Source of the DNA: Acaryochloris marina S15
GTDB lineage: Bacteria > Cyanobacteriota > Cyanobacteriia > Thermosynechococcales > Thermosynechococcaceae
Reading direction: 5' to 3'
NCBI RefSeq assembly: GCF_018336915.1
Contig: NZ_CP064923.1
Coordinates: forward strand, 300,001 to 332,000
DNA length: 32,000 nt
Shown here: in pieces, positions 16,955 to 23,885 of the stretch
Position numbering within the stretch: position 1 is the first letter of the stretch
Layout of the letters: the number at the start of each line of letters is the position of its first letter
Position numbers and translations under genes: made by a program
Notes under the pieces: generated by a model
Seen by the model: only the letters and a program-made list of their open reading frames with translations
What the model was told of the DNA's origin: nothing
The model's database searches: none

Positions 16955-18313
16955 TTATAACGCCCCTGCTGCTGTTTGGTCTAGTACCCCACCTGCTAAA
17001 TGGGTGGTGATATTCATAGCCTGTAAAATGGGGTGACCGTCTGCATCATAATCGATGACGCTCACAGCTCCATTGCCCTGTTTGAAACACCAAAAGTGTT
17101 CCGGTCCCAATCCGGCGACATGGCAAAGCACCACTTTGTTGATGGCATCATGGGCCACGACTAAGCCCGTTTGTTCTGTCTTGCCTGTGGCTAAGGCCTG
17201 AGCAACAATATCATCCCAAGCGGCAATGGCTCGATCCCAAACCTGTTGTAAGTTCTCGCCTTCCGGCATTTGCACCGCTTCTGGGGCGGTGCGCCACCGA
17301 TCGAGTTCACCCGGATAGCGTTCCTCAATCTCAGATTCTAAGCACCCTTCCCAGGTCCCGTGGCTGATTTCCCACAGGGGTTCTGAGAGATCGAGCTGCA
17401 CCTGATCATGATTCTGAAGAATCAATTCTGCAGTCTCTTTGGGACGGGCAAGGGAGCTGCTGATGGCAAAGTCAATGGGAATCTCTTTGAGGAAGTCGGC
17501 GGCCTGCTGACCTTGTACACGACCATTGTCATTCAAGGGAACATCAATTTGTCCCTGGAATTGGCCACGACGATTCCACTCTGTTTCGCCGTGACGAACT
17601 AGAATAAGCCGCAATCCTCGATAATATCGCCATGGTTTGGGCAACGGTAATCCCAAATGATTAGTTAAATTTAGGGCTTCTAGCTGAGGCTTCTGGTTCA
17701 AACCATCGGGGAAATTGAGGACACTAATATTGCAGTTGGCTTGCTGGAGCCGCTGATAGCGATCTGGCGTTAATCCGAGGGCGGTGCTGAGTAAGGCCCG
17801 ATTAATGCCGCTATGGCCCACCAGCAAAATCGTCTGACCCTCATGTTGGGGAAGGAGCTTTTGCCAAAGGGCTGTCGCCTGGTCGTAGAGGGCGGGGACT
17901 GGATAAAAAGATTGAGAACCATCCGGGCCAGATAGCTCCATACAGAGTTTTTCCGGGGCCGAATTCCAACATTGATATTGTTCAGGAAACTCTGTTTTGA
18001 CCTGGTCAAACAGCATCCCTTCCCAAAGGGGCAGGCCAATCTCAATCAGCCCCTCTTCTACCTGAATGGCAGGGGCTGCAGCCAAGGCGTTATGAATCGT
18101 GGCAGCCGTTTGCCCCGCTCGCTGCAACGGGCTGCAATAGATGGCATCAAAAGCAATTCCGTTTAAAGCCTCACCCACTCGATGGGCATCGGCTAATCCT
18201 TGTTCGGTTAAGGATGATTCATCGAGATGACCTTGAACTCGGCCTTCTACATTAAAGGTGCTTTCACCATGCCGAACTAATATTACGCGAGTAGCCAGGG
18301 ACTTGACCTCCAA
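16955..18313 (-). CDS. Two-domain histidine phosphatase (phosphoglycerate-mutase superfamily) protein
   Basis: 452 aa. Two complete tandem domains, each with the catalytic RHG (VRHGESTFN and VRHGETEWN) and a distal His (GHSG and AHDA). TTG start. Confidence 0.85.
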   Translation of the reverse strand: MEVKSLATRVILVRHGESTFNVEGRVQGHLDESSLTEQGLADAHRVGEALNGIAFDAIYCSPLQRAGQTAATIHNALAAAPAIQVEEGLIEIGLPLWEGMLFDQVKTEFPEQYQCWNSAPEKLCMELSGPDGSQSFYPVPALYDQATALWQKLLPQHEGQTILLVGHSGINRALLSTALGLTPDRYQRLQQANCNISVLNFPDGLNQKPQLEALNLTNHLGLPLPKPWRYYRGLRLILVRHGETEWNRRGQFQGQIDVPLNDNGRVQGQQAADFLKEIPIDFAISSSLARPKETAELILQNHDQVQLDLSEPLWEISHGTWEGCLESEIEERYPGELDRWRTAPEAVQMPEGENLQQVWDRAIAAWDDIVAQALATGKTEQTGLVVAHDAINKVVLCHVAGLGPEHFWCFKQGNGAVSVIDYDADGHPILQAMNITTHLAGGVLDQTAAGAL

Positions 18314-18533
18314 AGGGATAACGGCTGAATTAGGATGGCGCCCACTTGATATTCAGAGTGGTCTAAGCTGAGGCCAGAAAGATTTTAACCTGTGGTGAGG
18401 GTTGTTGGTTAGTGAATCCTCAATTAGGGTTCTTTATCGGTGGTACAGATCAAAGAGACAACAAAGATTAGGATAATAAAGCTGTCGATTGCAGAGACTC
18501 CATATCCAGACTGGCGAGGGCAAAGACTTAAAT

Positions 18534-20168
18534 ATGGCAAACGATCAAAAAATCCAGCAGCAACGCTATCGCTTAGTCTTAATTATTTTGACTGCGATTG
18601 TGACCTTTCTAATTAGCGTGGAACTGATTAGCAGCTGGAGTCAGCCTAAAGCCCAAAGTCAGCTCAATCTCTATCAAAGTGATTTGTTGTTGCAAGCCTC
18701 AGAATGGCAGCCTGTGCTGGAAGAAGATCAGACTAAATCCCTCTCTAATCCTCTGCTAGACGCTGATCCCGTTACCTCTGCCCTGAAAACCTACCGCCAA
18801 GTCCGCACGTCGGTTCAAACGGACTTGGAGCGAATAGAACAAACGATGGCGAATGCCTCGGATGACCCTGCAACTCTGGCTCAACAGCAAAATCGCAGTC
18901 AGTTCAGGGATAACTTGGATCTCAGAATTGGCTTACTGCTGGCTCAGTCGGATCAGGTGGAAGATGCGATCGCAACCTGGTCTCCCCTGGCCACTTCCCC
19001 AACTTTAGTGAGTAATGAGTCCGCCGCAGCCTCCATTCTAATCGGCCTATGGAGTGATCCCCCTCAACTCTTACCCAATGCTCAACAATCTCTTAAATCT
19101 CAGCTATCAGGTTGGTTTGAAGGCCAAGCATTAGAACGCCTGTTTACCCTATCCCAACGTCAAGACGATCTCACCACTTTACAGATTGACCAGCAGGTCA
19201 CTGCCAGCAATGCACTTGCTCGGGTCGTAACCATCAACGGCCTCACATTGGTGGGGAACGGTGTAGGGGTGATTATTTTGCTGGTTTGGCTCGTCCGTTC
19301 TTGGCGGCAGCGAGCCGGGAATTCTAGTGCGCCTCCCTCCCCACATCCCTTACAGGATTTTCAAACGCCACCTGCTGATGCAGAGGGTGAACCCACCTCT
19401 GATACCCCAGCCATCGATGAATCAAAAGCCTACTTAGCTCAAACTAGTCTGGCTAATTCAGTCCTGTGGCCTCCCGATCTGATCTGGCAAGTAATGGTGC
19501 TATGGTTTATCGCCTTCTTTGGCGTTAGCTTATCGATTCCTTTACTGATCTATGTGTTAGGTATTCAACCCACGGCTTTGGGTGCTCGCCCCCAAGTGTA
19601 TTTAGCCTTTTCCAACTATGCCATTCTCGTGGTGGTGGGTCTGACTATCTTGATCTGGTCTTTGAAAGGGTTTCTCTCAACTCCTTTCAAATGGTTTAGG
19701 ATTCGTTGGCAGGGAAATTGGCTGGTCTGGGGAATGAGCGGCTATTTTGCTGCCCTACCCCTCGTAATTTTAATTGCCCTGTTGAATCAAAAAGTATTAG
19801 GTGATCAAGGTGGTGGAAACCCCTTGTTAGAGCTGATTATCCAAAGTCATGATCCCTTGACTGCCAGTCTCCTATTCATCATGGTGGCAGGACTGGCTCC
19901 TTTCTTTGAAGAGATTCTATTTCGCGGGTTTTTCCTAACGTCTTTGACCCGATATCTTCCCATGTGGGGGGCAATTGGCGTAAGTGGGATTGTATTTGCG
20001 ATCGCCCATCTCAACTTGGCTGATATCCTGCCGCTGTCTGTATTGGGCTGTGTTTTGGGGTTTGTATATTCTCGGTCTCGGAACTTGCTGGCTTCGATGT
20101 TACTGCACAGCTTATGGAATAGTGGTTCGTTCTTGAGTTTACTGATTCTAGGCAGTAGTGCTCGTTAA
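18534..20168 (+). CDS. CPBP-family intramembrane glutamic endopeptidase (CAAX protease-like) with a long N-terminal extension
   Basis: C-terminal multi-transmembrane domain with the EEILFRG, FAIAHL and HSLWN motifs. I prefer ATG at 18534 over the track TTG at 18489. Confidence 0.82.
   Translation: MANDQKIQQQRYRLVLIILTAIVTFLISVELISSWSQPKAQSQLNLYQSDLLLQASEWQPVLEEDQTKSLSNPLLDADPVTSALKTYRQVRTSVQTDLERIEQTMANASDDPATLAQQQNRSQFRDNLDLRIGLLLAQSDQVEDAIATWSPLATSPTLVSNESAAASILIGLWSDPPQLLPNAQQSLKSQLSGWFEGQALERLFTLSQRQDDLTTLQIDQQVTASNALARVVTINGLTLVGNGVGVIILLVWLVRSWRQRAGNSSAPPSPHPLQDFQTPPADAEGEPTSDTPAIDESKAYLAQTSLANSVLWPPDLIWQVMVLWFIAFFGVSLSIPLLIYVLGIQPTALGARPQVYLAFSNYAILVVVGLTILIWSLKGFLSTPFKWFRIRWQGNWLVWGMSGYFAALPLVILIALLNQKVLGDQGGGNPLLELIIQSHDPLTASLLFIMVAGLAPFFEEILFRGFFLTSLTRYLPMWGAIGVSGIVFAIAHLNLADILPLSVLGCVLGFVYSRSRNLLASMLLHSLWNSGSFLSLLILGSSAR
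18966..18973. repeat. HIP1 octamer GCGATCGC
   Basis: Exact 8-mer, within the CPBP gene. Confidence 0.9.
19998..20005. repeat. HIP1 octamer GCGATCGC
   Basis: Exact 8-mer, within the CPBP gene. Confidence 0.9.
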
Positions 20169-20199
20169 AGCTTTGCGACTGTCCACTAGTCAGCACTTG

Positions 20200-20224
20200 C
20201 TATTAGCAGTGATCTATTAGCAGT
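20200..20224. repeat. Tandem direct repeat, 2 x CTATTAGCAGT with a 3-nt spacer
   Basis: The exact 11-mer occurs at 20200-20210 and 20214-20224, between convergent genes. The second copy covers the stop codon at 20217-20219. Confidence 0.7.
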
Positions 20225-20531
20225 ATTGAGTGACATCTTCACCACATTCGTCTGCCAAAAATACTAAAGCCCGAAACCGCAGTTCAACAAACTCATCGTA
20301 GGCAGGGTTTAGCTTACACATCGGGGGAATATGAAACAATTGATGCCCAAAAAAAACGACATCTCGTTCAAAGGGACATTGAGCAGGAATCAGGTGACAA
20401 ATTCTATGGGCGACTTGAGGATTTTTAAGGTCTAAGGTAGAAAAATACCAACGGACGACCTTCTTGCAGATAGCTTGAATGGGATTAATCGGTGAAGGGC
20501 TAGGTGGAGCATTCAGGGCGGAGGATTGCAT
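20217..20531 (-). CDS. Mo-dependent nitrogenase C-terminal domain (Mo-nitro_C) family protein
   Basis: HRICHLIPAQCPFERDVVFFGHQLFHIPPMCKLNPAYDEFVELRFRALVFLADECGEDVTQYC matches the conserved Cys-rich Mo-nitro_C pattern as I remember it. ATG at 20531 gives 104 aa, which fits the family. The track start at 20612 is TTG. Confidence 0.75.
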   Translation of the reverse strand: MQSSALNAPPSPSPINPIQAICKKVVRWYFSTLDLKNPQVAHRICHLIPAQCPFERDVVFFGHQLFHIPPMCKLNPAYDEFVELRFRALVFLADECGEDVTQYC

Positions 20532-20586
20532 CGTTTTATCCGATTTTAATAAGATAGATATGTCTAGGACGGGTGAAATAAAAGAC

Positions 20587-20685
20587 TTAATAGTTGTTGT
20601 TTTGAGCTTCAATAGTGAAATAGCAGCCGAAGGCGCAAAAAATAACCCAGATGCTTAAAATTTGAGTAATGATAGCTTCTAACAT
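20587..20685 (-). CDS. Candidate small hydrophobic protein (32 aa), not in the ORF track
   Basis: Hand translation gives MLEAIITQILSIWVIFCAFGCYFTIEAQNNNY followed by a stop. AAGGAG (complement of 20695-20700) lies 9 nt upstream of the ATG. One predicted transmembrane helix. Ends 55 nt upstream of the Mo-nitro_C gene on the same strand. Confidence 0.35.
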   Translation of the reverse strand: MLEAIITQILSIWVIFCAFGCYFTIEAQNNNY

Positions 20686-21524
20686 CAGAACGGACTCCTT
20701 GCTCTGGGCAGTAGTGGTAAAAGATGGATACGAACTGCTTGGGGAATTAGCGGTTGGACTCTTTCGATACTGTTATTATGTTCAACTTGCCTCGAAAATC
20801 CTTGAGGATAATCACGGAACTTTCAAGGAAATAAACAGTATTTTTTTGCCATGAATTGCGTAGATGTTCGCAGATAGCTTTGAAGCCTCCGTATATTTAT
20901 GGAACCTTGGTTCTAGAGCTTCATACTTAATTACGTACAGATGGAGAAAAATAAGGAGACCACATAAATGAATCACCGATTGTGATGGGTCAGTGAGTGC
21001 TTTGTTCTATTGGATATATCGCAATATTGTTGGGATGTTATGCCAGTCTTTTAGTAGATTTTTGTAGGCCCGCAGATCGAGTCACTTCAATATAGAACCC
21101 ATCCAAGGGATGTATCTGTACAATTTTGAGCTAGGGCTCAGCTTCAGATTATTTTTTTGCTGATTGAACCTTCTCTTTTTTTATAAAAGAGGCGTGAATA
21201 TGACTAGCCTTAACGGGCTGTCTTGGAAGAGGGTATAGCTCGAACTGTAGCCAATGTGGACCCAGTTGAGAGAGCTATTGCTTAGCCGTATATGTTAGGC
21301 CTGCAAATGCTAATGGAATTGATCAGGTGTATAGAGAATAGGCCTAAAGAATGTGAGTCTATTGGGCTATAGATAACGGACTTGCTCGCTATCTGTCTGC
21401 TACATAACTTGAGTATTGATCAAAAAACAGCATAAACATTAGGAAATAATCAAGAACTTAACTTCATGCTTTCATCCTAGTGACAGTCCCCATTCAAAAT
21501 GTAGTAAAACGGGACTAATTCTTC

Positions 21525-21551
21525 CACTCCTCTTGAAGGAGTGAGGTTTTC
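21525..21551 (+). other. Stem-loop plus short T-run (weak terminator-like element or SD-sequestering hairpin)
   Basis: CACTCCT (21525-21531) pairs with AGGAGTG (21537-21543), with a 5-nt loop, followed by AGGTTTTC. Confidence 0.25.
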
Positions 21552-21709
21552 ATGGTTGCTTCTGACTAGGATGTTATTTGGTCGGTCAGAAAATGACGGT
21601 CTGGAGAGAGTCTTCGATTGAGAAAAGATTAAATAAAGTTAAAAAACATTGGTAATATGTTTTAAAAAGAATCAAATATTTATTTTTAATCAATAAAAAA
21701 TATAGTTCG

Positions 21710-22027
21710 ATGATAAATCCATACTTGCCTGAACCAGATCTGTTCTCGGTCCGTTTAGGGCCATTATTGGGGGACTATCACTATTGGCTCAGCCGCTCTC
21801 GCTCCCTATTAGAGTTCGAAGAAATTGATTTTCTAGATACTCAACAGCAATCTGATTTACTAGGACGAGTTCACCAAACCTTGTCAGAAGTGATTGCTGC
21901 TCGCAGTCTATTCAAAGCAACATATGGACAAATTGGGATTGAGATAAATTTGCTGGAAGCCTGGCACGATCTGGTGTCTGAGTGTTGGCAGATCATGATC
22001 CAGCTTCGTCTAGGGCAGTCAAAATGA
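21710..22027 (+). CDS. Conserved cyanobacterial hypothetical protein (DUF2605-like)
   Basis: 105 aa. LPEPDL...LLGDYHYWLSRSRSLLEFEEIDFL...LFKAT.G..G......WH.LV.ECWQ resembles DUF2605 family members as I remember them. No SD. Confidence 0.65.
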   Translation: MINPYLPEPDLFSVRLGPLLGDYHYWLSRSRSLLEFEEIDFLDTQQQSDLLGRVHQTLSEVIAARSLFKATYGQIGIEINLLEAWHDLVSECWQIMIQLRLGQSK

Positions 22028-22143
22028 GCAAAATGGTTTAAATTTCAAAGGAGACTAGATCAATATTAAAGATAATTTCAGCTTGCACAAAATGTCAGGC
22101 TACAGGTGATCCCTGAAATAATCTTGGCTTGGGAGGGCTATGG

Positions 22144-22446
22144 ATGATGCTTCAGATTCTATATATGATTGCCTTTATCGTGTTAGCGGTATTGGCAGTA
22201 GGCAACTTAATCCGTAATGTATATTCGGTGGGCTTTTTATCCCAGCGCGACTACCACTTGCCCCTTCCTCCCCCTGCTTATTCGGAGGACACGCCTCAAC
22301 TTGTTCCTCACCCAGAGCTGTTGGATGAATCTGGAAATGTGATTGATGAGCCGCTACTGGTCATGCGTTCCATGAGCGTGGAGGACGCCCGCGAGCAGTT
22401 AGATGCTCTTTATAACCAATCTCCGGGCTCTAAAGAAGACGTTTAG
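22144..22446 (+). CDS. Small membrane protein (DUF2973-like)
   Basis: N-terminal transmembrane helix MMLQILYMIAFIVLAVLAVGNLIRN, then HPELLDESGNVIDEPLLVMRS, recognised as the DUF2973 pattern. ATG at 22144 follows GGAGGG by 6 nt. The track start at 22129 is TTG. Confidence 0.7.
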   Translation: MMLQILYMIAFIVLAVLAVGNLIRNVYSVGFLSQRDYHLPLPPPAYSEDTPQLVPHPELLDESGNVIDEPLLVMRSMSVEDAREQLDALYNQSPGSKEDV

Positions 22447-22535
22447 ACTGCCGAGCCCTACTTCCGGCTTGCCCATGATGACTATTTTTGGGTGACGGCC
22501 GTTTATTACTATTTCTTTGTAACCATCGATGTTCA

Positions 22536-23882
22536 ATGGTGGAAAATCCTACACCGCCAGAGCCCTCCTATTCCCCTAAGTCGAACCCTCTGAAGTTTTG
22601 GCAACCTTCAGTACAAGCCAAGAGATTCTTCAAAACTGCTCGACATTTATTGCAACCGATCCGGCAAGGTAGCCAATCCTTAAAGCGTTACTTCCAGATC
22701 GATGAGCAAGAGGTTGCGGCCATTTTAGAGCGGGTCAAAGCAACCTTGCCGACCACAGAAGTCATTTTGATTGGTAAACCCCAGTCTGGAAAAAGCTCCA
22801 TTATTCGGAGTCTAACCGGGGCAACTCAAGATATTATTGGCCAAGGGTTTCGTCCCCATACGGCTCACACCCAGCAGTATGCGTATCCTACTGAAGATTT
22901 ACCGCTTCTCTATTTCACCGACACGATGGGATTGGGAGAAGCCCAGCAAGATACCCCCGATCCAATGACGGAGCTATCGCAGCTCCTCACCCCTCCCCAT
23001 CGTCTGACTGCCAATACACCGTCAGCAAAGGTCATCATTCTCACCGTTAAGCTGAATGACTTTGCGACGGATTTTTTGCAAAATGTGATTTCACACCTTC
23101 GGGAGCAACATCCTGAAGTTCCCTGCTTGCTAGCGATCACTTGTGTGCATGACCTCTATACATCTCAGATAGAGAATCATCCTGTTTATCCCCCTGCTGA
23201 TGCAGAAGTATTGCGGGCGTTTACTGCCATCCAAACTCAGTTCGAAGGGATCTGCGATCGCAGCGTCTTGATTGACTTCACCCTAGAAGAAGACGGGTTT
23301 ACCCCCCTGTTCTATGGTTTGGATACCTTTGTAGACCAATTGGCGGAGCTACTTCCGGAGGCAGAATCGAGACTCCTTCACCAACTCCTGGATGATGCGG
23401 GTATAGGAACTGAAATTGGCTCCCTTTATCGGGAAACTAGCCGACGATACTTGACAACCTTTTCCGCAATGGCAGCGACCTTAGCGGCAGTCCCTCTACC
23501 GTTTGCAACCATGCCGGCCTTAACGGCCCTTCAAGTCACATTAGTGAGTCTCCTAGGTCGGTTATATGGCCAATCCCTCAGCCTTTCCCAGGCCGGTGGT
23601 GTAATTAGTGCGATCGCCGGTGGCTTTATTGCTCAAGTCGTAGGCCGGGAACTCGTCAAGTTTGTGCCGGGCTTTGGTAGTGTGGTCGCTGCGACTTGGG
23701 CCGCTGCTTATACCTGGGCTTTGGGAGAAGGGGCGTGTGTCTATTTTGGTGATCTACTGGGGGGTAAAACGCCTGATCCTGAGAAAATCCAGCAGACGAT
23801 GCAGCAATCGTTTCAAGAAGCCAAAACTCGCTTTAAGGGAGGGGTCTGGTCGGCAGCCCCTAAATCTCCTCCGACAGAATGA
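22536..23882 (+). CDS. P-loop GTPase-like domain fused to a DUF697/YcjF-type membrane domain
   Basis: Walker A GKPQSGKS and DTMG (G3). C-terminal Gly/Ala-rich amphipathic or transmembrane region (AAVPLPFATMPALTALQVTLV...KFVPGFGSVVAATWAAAYTWALGEG) typical of DUF697. I prefer ATG at 22536 over the track TTG at 22488. Confidence 0.75.
   Translation: MVENPTPPEPSYSPKSNPLKFWQPSVQAKRFFKTARHLLQPIRQGSQSLKRYFQIDEQEVAAILERVKATLPTTEVILIGKPQSGKSSIIRSLTGATQDIIGQGFRPHTAHTQQYAYPTEDLPLLYFTDTMGLGEAQQDTPDPMTELSQLLTPPHRLTANTPSAKVIILTVKLNDFATDFLQNVISHLREQHPEVPCLLAITCVHDLYTSQIENHPVYPPADAEVLRAFTAIQTQFEGICDRSVLIDFTLEEDGFTPLFYGLDTFVDQLAELLPEAESRLLHQLLDDAGIGTEIGSLYRETSRRYLTTFSAMAATLAAVPLPFATMPALTALQVTLVSLLGRLYGQSLSLSQAGGVISAIAGGFIAQVVGRELVKFVPGFGSVVAATWAAAYTWALGEGACVYFGDLLGGKTPDPEKIQQTMQQSFQEAKTRFKGGVWSAAPKSPPTE
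23254..23261. repeat. HIP1 octamer GCGATCGC
   Basis: Exact 8-mer, within the GTPase/DUF697 gene. Confidence 0.9.
23610..23617. repeat. HIP1 octamer GCGATCGC
   Basis: Exact 8-mer, within the GTPase/DUF697 gene. Confidence 0.9.
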
Positions 23883-23885
23883 CCC

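Noticed and set aside
20669-20854. 61-aa plus-strand ORF, the only track ORF in the AT-rich stretch
   Set aside because: It has no SD sequence and no motifs, and it sits barely above the length cutoff in AT-rich sequence. Its 5' end overlaps the better-supported minus-strand small ORF and its SD sequence.
21525-21543. Idea that the CACTCCT/AGGAGTG hairpin here, and the CTCCTCAC element at 8624-8631, are members of the cyanobacterial Yfr2 sRNA family
   Set aside because: I only vaguely recall a CU-rich conserved Yfr2 motif, and the match is partial at best. I cannot run a covariance-model search, so no family call is made.
12180-22535. Longest-ORF starts given by the track for several genes (12180, 18489, 20612, 22129, 22488; also 9721, 10896 and 5550)
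   Set aside because: Most of these upstream starts are TTG (5550 is ATG), and they lack an SD sequence, extend past the family N-terminus, or both. Internal ATG codons with better ribosome-binding sites or better family-length agreement were preferred. The exact starts remain unverified.
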